Below are positions 52,157 through 64,000 of a stretch of DNA of 64,000 nucleotides, piece after piece. This DNA comes from Azolla caroliniana (Eukaryota; Plantae; Polypodiophyta). Under the pieces are notes generated by a model. That model did not search any database and was not told the DNA's origin. It was given only the letters and a program-made list of their open reading frames with translations. A program made the position numbers and the translations under genes. Numbering within the stretch: position 1 is the stretch's first letter; each line of letters begins with the position of its first letter. Where the stretch lies: positions 18,662,001-18,726,000 of the forward strand of contig JBHGNT010000004.1 in the NCBI GenBank assembly GCA_043228905.1, given 5' to 3'.

Positions 52157-55100
52157 TGTTGAGAATCAAGTTCAACTTGGTCTAGTGTGTGAACTTACCT
52201 TGAGAGTGAATAGACACTCCAACGGTCAAGAGTCACCGTTATGTCACCACTTTGTATTCTAACATTTAATATGAGTCATAGAATCATATTCTATGACACA
52301 TAATTTATGAGCTTTCACATTCCCCATGCATGCTCCATAAGTCTTGTAGTTAATGAAGAGAGAGGGTGACTATATAAAGGACCCTCCTCCCACCTTGTAT
52401 AATGTTGAGTCTTTCTCCTTTGTTAATATACTTTACCTTACATATTCTCTATGTCTTACTCCTTGTCTCACTCATTCACTCTCACTCTCTCTCATACACA
52501 CACACAGTTCATATCTATTCCGCTGCAGAGAATCCATCTCTTGATTCTTTACATGGTATCAGAGCGACTTGGTAGCTCGATCTAGCCCATCTGCGTGTGT
52601 TGTGTCCTACGCCGACGACCAAGAACCGGCTCATCGCTATCGTAGCTTCGCTACATAGCTCGCATTTAAAGAGAGAAGAAGAGGAAGAATCGACATAATG
52701 AATGCTCAAAGGGGAGCGCTCTCCCTACCAAGAAGTTGGATCGAAACAACTTCACATCTTGGGAGTACAAGATGCACCAATACCTTGTCGGACAAGGCTA
52801 TTGGAGCTACATCAAAGGAGCGCACGAAGACCGACCCGTCGAAACGGTTCCCAGATACGCGACATGGGAGCAAGCCGCAAGCCGCGTGATGTATTGCTTG
52901 GCGACATGTGTTCACAATCACATGCTCGGCTACATTCGCGAAGCCAAGATGCGAAGGAGGCATGGGAAAATCTCGAAAGATTTTCATGGCGAACACAACT
53001 GCAAGAAGGCTTCAACTCCGCCAAGAGTTGAACAACATTTAACAAAGGGACATGTCCATCGCGACATACACCTTGAAGATCAAGGAGCTTTGCGACTCGC
53101 TCGGCTCGATAAGCATAAATATCGATGATGATGAGATGGTGCAAATATGCCTCGACGGCCTCGCACCACGGTTCGGCGCGATGCGAACCGTCGTTCTAGC
53201 AAGGGAGAAATCTCCCTCCTTCGAGCTCCAATCAATGATATTGGTCGAAGAAAACCATGTGCATACAAGGAGCAATGAGTCAGAAGGCCACATGCTCTAC
53301 ACGCACTCGAACGGGGGAAGAGGACGCGGACGAGCGAGAGGCCGATTCAACTAAGGATAAGGCGAACGAGGTTCGACCTACAACAACAACTCCCAATTTC
53401 AGCCACAAAACAGAAGCCAACGAGGAACCTTCACAAGAAGGGGGAGCTTCCACTCCAGCCTGAGCCGTCAAAACGCAACCGAATGCGGATATTGCGGAAA
53501 GCTCGGCTACCACGAAGAAGTGTGTCGAAAGAAGATGCGCGAATCGGCTTCCACAAGCCGACAACTCACGAATTACGCACACAATTCTGACTACAAAGAG
53601 TATAGTGGAATGTACGGGCACAACTCCGACTACGAAGATTGTGGCGGAATGTTCATGATGAAACATAGAGCAAACTCTATGCCAGCCTCTACCTTAACTA
53701 GTGCCCTCAATCTGGAGGAAGTATGGTTTGTTGACTCCAGAGCCTCAAACCATATGACATCTCATAAAGAATGGTTTCTCGAACTTCGAGAGCTAGAGCG
53801 ACCCGGTTATGTCGAAACCGGAGATGACACTACGCACCCGATTCGGCACATCGGCAACGTTCCGTTCGGCGAAAGAGGTAAGTGACGGGAACTGAACGCT
53901 CCTTATGCGCAACGCTCGGCCACAACCGAGCTTAGAATGATACACAGAAAAAACGGGAAATAAAACACAACACAAAGAAGAAGAGAATACACAAGAGGTT
54001 TACGTGGAAAAAACCCCAAACTAGGGGGAAAAAACCACAGCAGCCCACAAGCTGCAAACTGTCACTATGTAAGAATATACAACAGTGAGTTCACGGAGGC
54101 ACCGATCTCGTGCTCACAGATCTTCGCCACAGGCGGCGGTTACAACAGAGGCAACGACCTCTTTCTCTCTCTCTCTTTCTCTGTACAGTTACGCACACTG
54201 ATCTCGTGCGAAACAGAAAATGACAACAACAGCAACAACAACTAAAAGTTTTCCCTAAGTCATATTTATACTAATATGACTTTTCGGCTATTTACAAATA
54301 TATAGCCTCGATGAACTCTCAGAAAACATATTTACGAATATGTCTCTTCATCCGGTTCATACCGGGTCTGCGCCATCCGGCTCTCCGTAGCCGGTTACTC
54401 CTCATCCGGTCTTCACCGGGTCTGTATCATCCGGCTCTCCGTAGCCGGGTACTCCTCATACGGTTTCGGCCTCGGCCGAGTTTGTTCATCGGCATTGTTC
54501 TTCTCCCTTCCCATCTGGAGGGACCTGTCTCCCAACAGTAAGCAAACATACATTAAAAATATCTTGCATGTTCCCATCATCACGAAGAATTTGGTCTCGG
54601 TCGGCCAAATGGTTGAGCAAGGGATGCAAGTATGATTCGACCAAGAAGGGTGCTTCGTCGAAAAAGAGGGCCAAATCATCGCACGCAGAAGAAGAGAGGG
54701 CCGGATGTTCATTCTCGATTCACACGAGATGAAATCCGCCATGTTCGCAAAAGCACGAAAGCCGACTCCGACATAGAGCTATGGCACAAATGAATCAGCC
54801 ACATCAATCTCAACAAACTCAAAGCAATGAAATCGAAAGGAGTCATCATCGGACTCCCGACATTCAAAGAGAAGGAGATTGAAGGTGAATGCGAAGCGTG
54901 CCAATTCGGCAAGCAACACCGACACCCATTCCCGAAAGAGCGGAACGTGAGCAAAGGTTTACTCGACGTAGTCCATTCCGACGTATGGGGACCGGCGCAG
55001 ACAGCTACATTTGGCGGATGCCGATATTACACGCTCTTCATCGACGACTTCTCTAGGCACACGTGGCTCTATCCGATGCGGCAAAAGAGCGAAGTGTTCG

Positions 55101-58100
55101 GACACTTCCAAAGGTTTAAAAACGAAGTTGAAAAAGCCATTGGTCGTCATGTACGACGCCTTCGATCGGATGGCGGCAATGAGTACTTCTCGGACAATTT
55201 CACGGCGTATCTCCGAAAGGAAGGAATTCGGCGAGAATTCACTTGCCGACGCACTCCGCAATAAAACGGAGTAGACGAGCACAAAAATCGGCACATCCTC
55301 GAAGTAGCGCGGGCCATGATGAACGAGAAGCATATGCCCAAGTCATATTGGGCCGAAGCTGCAAATACGACCGTCTACCTAATGAACCGGTGCACAACAT
55401 CCGGAGTGCACAAGGTCACTCCGCACGAAAAATACTTCAGAAAGAAGCTGGACTTATCACACACCCAGATATTCGGCGCGATAGCATACGTGCACATCCC
55501 AACGAAAAGCGGCAAAAGCTAGATCCAAAGTCGGAGAAATGTATCCGCGTAAGATACTCACTCAAACAAAAGGGGTACAAATGCTACAACCCATCTACCC
55601 GAAAAGTTCAAGTAAGTCGAGACGTTGTGTTCGACGAATCCGCATCCTGGTACGCACCAGAGAAGATTCCGACTTCGACCCCGATCGACTTGGAACCGGC
55701 CGAACAAGAGCAAGAAGGTGGAGATCGCCTCAAAGACATGTTCGAAGATAGCCCGATTACCACAAGGCTAAGTGGGCCACAAGAGCCCCCGAGCGATCAA
55801 AGCACATCACGGCCTAGCCCGAAGATGAACAAAGGCAAGGCGAAAATGTCGGAGTACGAAGACGATCGCTTCGACGACGATGAGTCGACTTACTCACTCG
55901 ATAGTGAGTTCGGCGGCTTCGATGTACCAATCGGAGCTAAGAAAGCCCTCATCTCTGCAAATGAAAAGCTTCGTCGCTACACCCTTGAAAAGAATCCGGT
56001 CAGCCGATTCGGCTACAACGACTACATGGCATATCACTATGCCTTTATGATGAAGGTGGCGACAGTACGCGAACCGGAAACATTTTCTGAAGCAGCCAAG
56101 GATCCGTGATGGATCGAAGCCATGAACGAGGAGATGCAGGCACTACGCAAAAACGAGACATGGGATCTCATTCCCACCTCACCACACAAAAAGGCGATCG
56201 GATGCAGATGGATTTACAAAGTGAAGTACAACGCTAACGGTTCTGTCAACCGCTACAAAGCGCGACTCGTAGCTAAAGGCTACGCCCAAACGCACGAAGT
56301 TGACTACGAGGAGACCTTTGCCCCGGTGGCAAAGATGACGACGGTACAGACTGTAATTGCGCTTGCCACGGCGAAAGGGTGGCACCTCCATCAAATGGAC
56401 ATCAAGAACGCCTTTCTACAAGGCGAATTAGAAGAGGAGGTGTACATGATACAACCACCCAGCTTCAACTCGAGCACCCATCCGAAAGTTGTATGCCGAC
56501 TCAAGAAGCCACTCTACAGCCTCAAGCAAGCACCGTGTGCTTGGCATTCGAAGATAACGCAATATCTTCATCAAATCAGCTTCCGTATGTCAAAATCGGA
56601 CAACTCCCTCTACATACGAAGCGATTCCGCAAGTCCAATCGTCATCATCTTATATGTGGATGACCTAGTCATTGGAGGTGAGCATCTCGTCGAAATCAAT
56701 AAGGTCAAATCCCTTCTTTCCGACAAGTTCGAGATGACAAACATGAAGGAGCTCCACTACTTCCTCGGCATCGAGGTAATTCAGACTTCGGCCGGAATCA
56801 TGATCTCTCAACGACACTACATCCTCAACTTGTTATACAAGTTCGGAATAGCTGAGTGCAAATCCGCGGCAACCCCGCTCGATCGCAATCTCAAACTAGA
56901 TGCGAACTCTGGCACCAAAGCGTGTGAGCCGACTCAGTATCGGCAACTCATCGGGAGTCTCATCTACCTCACGATCACACGACCCGATCTTAGTTATCTG
57001 GTCGGTCTCCTTAGCCAATTCATGCAAACACCACGTGATACTCACTTGAATTGCGTTAAGTGAGTTTTACGATACGTGAGCAGCACAATGGATTGTTGCA
57101 TCCTCTACAAGACCGCGATGCCAATACAACTCGAGGGGTACACAAACACCGATTGGGCCGGCTACAAAGACGATAGAAGATTAACCTCAAGATTTGTTTT
57201 TTCCCTCGGCAGCGAAGCAATATCCTGGAGCAACAAAAAGCAACCAACTGTCGCTCTTTCGAGCACAGAGGCGGAATACAGGGGCGCGGCAGTGGCCGCA
57301 TGTGAAGCTTGTATGGCTCAAAAGGATACTCAAGTATCTGGGCGTACCCATCAAGGATCCGACTTCCATTTACTGCGACAACATGAGCAGTATCTATCTG
57401 GCTCGGAACTCGGTGTTCCACGCGCGGACAAAGCACATTGAAGTGCACTATGACTTCATCCGAGAGCGTGTTCTAGCTGGCGATGTCGAGCTACAACACA
57501 TTAGCACCAATCTTCAAACGGCTGACATCTTCACTAAAGCCTTAGGAGCCGACAAGCTATGGCAATTCATGACCGATCTCGGATTGACGATCCCTGACCT
57601 GCCAAGCTTGAGGGGGAGTACTGAAGACACTACGCAATAACGTGTGGATTTCGCAACCGCGCAACGAAGCCACGAAGAGCCGATATATCGCGCAAAGCCG
57701 CGAAGAAAGATGCAAGTCGAACCGCAGACTTCACAACTACGCACAACGCAAGCTGGAGCACGTATTCTGCAACTCCACATAAACACGAGTCGACGTGGAC
57801 TTCGGAACGCGAGTCGAAGCGTATTTCGGATACCGTCTGAAACCGACCCGACTTGAGCTTGAGGGGGCGTGTTGAGAATCAAGCTCAACTTGGTCTAGTG
57901 TGTGAACTCACCTTGAGAGTGAATAGACACTCTAACGGTCAAGAGTCACCATTATGTCACCACTTTGTATTCTAGCATTTAGTATGAGTCATAAAATCAT
58001 ATTCTATGACACATAACTTATTAGCTGTCACATTCCCCATGCTCCATGAGTCTTGTAGTTAATGAAGAGAGAGGGTGACTATATAAAGGACCCTCCTCCC

Positions 58101-58260
58101 ACCTTGTATAATGTTGAGTCTTTCTCCTTTGTTAATATACTTTACCTTGCGTATTCTCTGTGTCTTACTCCTTGTCTCTCTCTCTCACTCTCTCTCTCTC
58201 TCTCATACACACAGTTCATATCTATTCCGCTACATAGAATCCATCTCTTGATTCTTTGCA
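52157..58260 (+). mobile_element. Full-length degenerate Ty1/copia element E (same lineage as B and C)
   Basis: LTRs 52157-52553 and 57870-58260; perfect TSD agata; PBS tggtatcagagc 52554-52565; PPT 57856-57869. gag, PR (WFVDSRASNHMT), IN, RT (LYVDDL) and RNaseH (RTKHIEVHY) carry stops and frameshifts. Confidence 0.95.
53883..54537 (-). mobile_element. Solo LTR related to element D LTRs, inserted in E
   Basis: TG...CA termini; perfect TSD gtaag (53878-53882, 54538-54542); shares gctcggccacaaccgag, ttcgccacaggcggcgg and ggagggacc...cccaaca with D LTRs. The E frame rejoins across it (GERGK|QTYIKNILHVP). Confidence 0.93.
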
Positions 58261-58400
58261 AGATAATTAGTTGTGTCTAGTATTTAATGGAGTGTAAATA
58301 GCTTATTAGTTTTTAGTAGCTAATAGTTATGGGTACTAATTGATGTAGCTAATAGCTTATGTAATGTAATGCTTATTACAACTATCTGATGTAGCTAATA

Positions 58401-59110
58401 TGTGACGTAGTTTTAACGGTGTCACGTATGTCCGCATCTAGCGAGTCAACTTGGGCGGAACCACCGGGGTCCTAGCCTAGGGAGCTCAAAGATGAGCAGC
58501 AACTGGGCTCGTAGGACGGTCTTCGATCTGATTCCCTCACCGGATTCCAGAGGTTGAGCGCACAGGCTTACAAGGACAAGTAGGAAACCGCAGAACAGAG
58601 AGGAGAGGAAGGACGCCTCTCCAGACACCACAAACAAGATACGAATATTGACGCAACATAGGGAGACCAAAGCAGGGACCCCAAGGAGCACCCGGATACA
58701 GCAAACCAAACTATCAATTAAAGACAAAAAATTATTACAAAGAGATGGCCTTCAGCTGGCTTGTAGAGCTTCGAGCTCGACATACACACGTAGACCGGTG
58801 AGCCTCTAGTCAAGAGCACACGGGCTTCTATCACGAGCAAAGGCCTCACCCTACCTAACCAAATGCCATAGTAGACAAACTACAACACTTTGCTTCCCCA
58901 TCCGACAACACCTTCCCCTCAAAATGATTGATCGCCCCCCAAAACAGACACCTTCCCTCCCTTTTATAGCTCAAAGGAGAGGGAGGGTCGATGTTACATC
59001 AAGTTGTTATTACAATTGTTTCTTGTCAGAGATTCTTCCACGATTTTCTGCCATCACATCCTATAATTCTCCTCTTTTTGTGGAGTCATAAAAGTACCTA
59101 TTAACTACGT

Positions 59111-59114
<4 letters not shown>
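58401..59114. mobile_element. Possible solo LTR of another family
   Basis: Imperfect inverted termini tgtgacgtagtt...aactacgttgta, GC-richer interior, TATA-like ctataaaagg on the minus strand near 58965; no clear TSD. Confidence 0.35.
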
Positions 59115-59680
<566 letters not shown>

Positions 59681-62600
59681 GGGTATAACTTTAAGTCATT
59701 ATTTATTTCAAAGAAAAATATGTTGCAAATATGTTGGACGTTTTGACACTCAAGAACAAAGGTCAATATCCAGGATTCAAGCATCACCACAATTAAGGAA
59801 ATAAGATATTTGGATGGATAAAGATAAGGGCATTTTGCAAAAGTCGGAAGTACGAAAACACAAGTCATGGATAAGATTCAAGAAGACAATCATAGAGAAA
59901 AGACATTGATGACAACTTCGTCCGAACTCCAAATTTAGCAAGGAACATGTTTTTGGAACGTTGATAAGGAGAGCTTTCTGGCAATATCTTGTATCCCTAA
60001 ACCCCTAAACCCTTAAACGTGCGTAAGTTTATACAAATCGGAATATATGGTCGGGATAGATACTAAAAATCGGGTTTGTTTATTTGGGTTAGAATGTATG
60101 GTTGGTTTAGAATATGGTTACCGTGTTAGAACGCCATGTTATAAATATTATCGGGGTTAGAAATAACAGGCTTACAATTTGTACTTTTACATGTCTATGT
60201 TAATCCAACAATGTAGATTGCACACAAATTCCGATGCATACTCTAAACCACCCATTGCACAAATCACCTTGATGCCCCTAATTATTATTTTGTTACCAAT
60301 AGAGATGAGCCCCCTTCCCCCACATGCCACGACTACACAACAACTATTGTTACACTAATAAGCAAACACATTTACACATACATGCATAAACTTATACGAA
60401 TCTAAACACATTTACACATAAACACTACACGCGTGCACAAGCACACATACCCATAAAATATCACAAACATTGTCAGATTTACACATGCACTAAGGCTATC
60501 ACATACAATTGAACTAACCCATACAAACACACATTTACACAAACAAGCGTGTATGCATAAATGCACATGTACATGCATTTTCCATGTCCTCTAAAATTTC
60601 CCCTTTGGGTTCATGTGGTCTAAGAATTTCCCAATAAGTAGAGATTTCCTCTTCTTTCAAAGTTTGACCTTCATTTGGAAAGTTAACTTGTGTCACTGCT
60701 TTTGATTATAAAAACTTCAAATTTGCTATGTTACAATTCAGATTCCTCTTTGTCAAAACCATTTCTACAATAAAATGCAACAACACTATAAGATTTGGTG
60801 CAATGGAAAAGTTCATGTCATATGATACTCAAATTATGGTCCCCCTTTTACAAAACAGAAAAAGAATGGCTCATGAGTTGCATGTGGAATAGTTACACAA
60901 GACAAATGATGACCATCATATACGTATGATATTTCTATGCTCATCACAAGTACCATACACAATTACCTTTTACAATATAATAAAAAAGAGCATAAGAGAA
61001 AAGTAAAGGTGTAAAAGTATTTTCTCCCATTACCGATACACGTGAATTTGTGTTTTAATCTTATACCAAATATGAAATATAGGGAAGTATGTTTGGATCC
61101 TCATATTCTAGAATCTATGGCATATGACACTTTCTTGCTTTATGTACCCTCAAAAGATGTCTCACTCCTCTTTTCGACCAATTCCCAACGAAACGCATGA
61201 TGTTACGTACAAATTGAAAAGGCATGATGACTCTCTTACATCTTATAGTAATAGTATCATTACCTTCTTATTGTAATCATTTAAACACCATAGCTTGATA
61301 CACATGGACATAGCAAAAGAGAAATGCACACTCAAATGATTGATTGGTTCATTCTACCACAAACCATAGATCATTTGCACGTAACTCTTAGATAGATGTA
61401 ATTATCATACGTAACTCTTAGAGCCATGAGGGTACATTTTCATACGCAACCTCGATGTAATGTGTAGACCCTTGAGAATTTTAAAATAACAAGACATTAT
61501 GTGCTAACTCGCAATAAGCATGGAATATACTCATCATATGAGAGACTTTATATATCCACACAAATTATTGCTCATATATCTTCAAAGCTTAGTTTTCATA
61601 ATTCTAAAAGTGGACGAGATCAACATGGCAATGTAATGTTAAAGTTTTTGTTTTTCCACATGAAATGTTTCGAGTATTCTAAAAACATTCTTAGAGCTTG
61701 TTAATTAAAGAAAAATGGTTTTAAGAAATGTTTATGTGCGTTTGTCAGAGTTACAATCAAGGTTTTTGTCCTACAAAGAGAACAAGGGTTCTCCAAGGAT
61801 TGGCATGTGATGTCTCGTCTAGTACTGTGTGTGTTAAATGTGCTTAGGGGAATATGAAATTGAGAGGTGGTAGATTCTTCTTATTGGATATGGCTAGAGG
61901 TTTATGAAGCACTTGTGGCCATATGAACGATAGGGACTATTACATGTTGGGTTTAAAGGGGGTTTTGTTCTTCAAATTTACCACCACATTAGGGAAAGGG
62001 AGGTGGTGTGACACGACCAACTTGTTTGCATCATGTACATATATTTTGCCACATAGGCTTTATTCCAATCAAGTGATCGTACAAGAGTAATGTGTTTAAT
62101 TCATTCATTCCTTCAGTTTATATTTTTCCATCTACAAAGGATGATAGCTACGTTCACAATGTCTTCAGACTTAAAATTTTCTTTCGTGTCAACAGGATAT
62201 TAATTTCGTTGTAGGTTCAAGCTTTGACAATAAACAGAGTCGACCTTGGACCATTCCCTTTTTCAATAGTGTGAAGATCATATATCATGAGGGAAATATT
62301 TGATAATCGATACAATATCGTATTATCATCCCCCCAAAGTTCAAATGGGACAAAACTATTTACCATAAAACTATTTCAAGTAGTGTGTGTAGAGCTAAGC
62401 CATGTCTTCTCTTAATGTTCAAGAATTTTACTAGTGGACAAATCTAATAGGAGAAAATACCTCATTGTAAAAACATGTATTTGTTCAAAGAATCCATAAG
62501 GAGGTGTTAACACATCACATATAATTGGAAAAACGTTGTTGGATATATTTATAGCTCTTATAGTCCAAAATATCCCCTTCGCCATAAATTAGTCTCATGT

Positions 62601-63211
62601 TACATATTCTCCCCAAAACGGTTCACCCTGCCCTGAGTTTATTCCAAGAATAATTAAGTGTGAGTGAGTGAGTGAGTGAGTGTGTGTGCGCGCGCGCGCG
62701 TGTGTGTACATCCACATTAAGACTATTGACGAAATATATGAAGGAGAAGAATTTCTTGCATTATATAACTTTCATGGTGTGAGTTATAAGGTGGCAATGT
62801 GTTGATGAACAATGAACATTACTGGTATTCTTTAACGCTATTACTTATAGAAGATGTTACATGTTATTTTACAAACACACCCATAACGTTATTTTACATC
62901 TTCTAACACAAATTTATATACAAACCTAGTCTTTTGTTATAATGCTCTTCCTTCCACTTGGTTTGTAAGGTCTTCCCTTACTAGCTCAAATTATCGCACT
63001 TGACCTTCCGAGGAATGGAAACTTGCCTTTCATGTTTGTGTGATTAGTATAATATTTCAACATGTAAAAACCTATGCAGGCAAATCCAATCTCCTTAAAA
63101 GTTTACATAAAAGCGGTTCAAGCTTCAATTTAGTCCAAGGAAACTATTTTCTCTTGGCCATGACATATCTATTACATTTTATGTTTGGTGTAGAGAAAAA
63201 TGTGCCATAGT

Positions 63212-63661
63212 TGTTAGTGTGATGATCTAATGTAAGCATATGATAAGGATATAATATATATGAAATAAGAAAGGAGAGAGAGAAGGGTGTCCATCCACCA
63301 TACCACCCCCGAGCGAAGGGATGGAGACGGACTCGAGCCTCGATCAGCGTCCCATACCACCGTTGTGGCGTCAAGTCGTACCTGGTGTTGGCGCGCTCGC
63401 TACAAGAGTTGACACACCACAATGTCAGAGTCTCGACGTTCGATAATGTGTCAAATGAGGGTAGCTAGCCCTCATATTTATAGCCAGACCTAAGGCCCCC
63501 ATGCCAATTCACACTTGGCTTAATGGGTTGTCTCAATCCCGAGTATTAAAAGTAATCCTCCCCTTCTTTACACTCTCGTTTAACCCTCACACTTTATCCA
63601 CGTGTATAGAATACTACGATAAATTCTCACCATGGGATATTATATGGTCATGCCCGTAACA
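63212..63661. mobile_element. Probable solo LTR (~450 bp)
   Basis: TGTTA...TAACA inverted termini; flanks atagt/atagc (4/5 TSD); ctataaata TATA on the minus strand near 63480. Confidence 0.55.
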
Positions 63662-64000
63662 ATAGCCCAATTTGGTGGCAAAAGCATTAGCATGTAGCTA
63701 GAGATAATATGGGTATGAATGTGACATATGCATCCGAGGGCATGATCATGAGCTCATTCATCACTATTATAATTTCTATGAGTATTGATCACATACACAC
63801 TACCTACACCTGTTGTTTTTCTTTTTTTTTCTTTTTTCCAAAAAGCACTACTTCGCATTAGTTAGCAAACAGAATACACCAAATTTCAAGCAAGAAGATC
63901 CACTAGGGCTAACCTTAGAGAGATCAATAAATACAACTATGTGGATAAACTCCAAATCCAACAAAAAAATTTAAGCAAAACTCATACTGCCCTTCCCCCC

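Overview
Eukaryotic land-plant genomic DNA: spliced genes with GT-AG introns, many (GA)n tracts and Ty1/copia elements with tRNA-iMet PBSs. A non-seed plant such as a fern is plausible but only inferred. Positions ~0.6-19 kb are a nest of Ty1/copia LTR retrotransposons. Outer element A (+) carries a solo LTR and element B (-); B in turn carries element C and a young, intact Tnt1/Tork-like element D with a 1358-aa gag-pol. The nested insertions are delimited by readable 5-bp target-site duplications (TSDs). Positions ~21-49 kb are a gene island: an intronless bacterial/fungal-type Baeyer-Villiger monooxygenase, FIGL1, an orphan ~130-aa ORF, a group I (VIP1/RF2-like) bZIP, a small LEA/SBP65-like gene and a YTH (ECT-like) m6A reader. 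Positions ~50-64 kb hold a (GA)n-flanked LINE fragment, a full-length degenerate copia (E) split by a solo LTR, a long (ATGTGT)n tract and further solo LTRs. The most notable items are the possible horizontally acquired BVMO, a LINE family tied to (GA)n microsatellites, a DF-type YTH domain with a DC-type Asn, and a duplicated PPT with a variable 3' spacer in three related copia elements. All alignments were done by eye.
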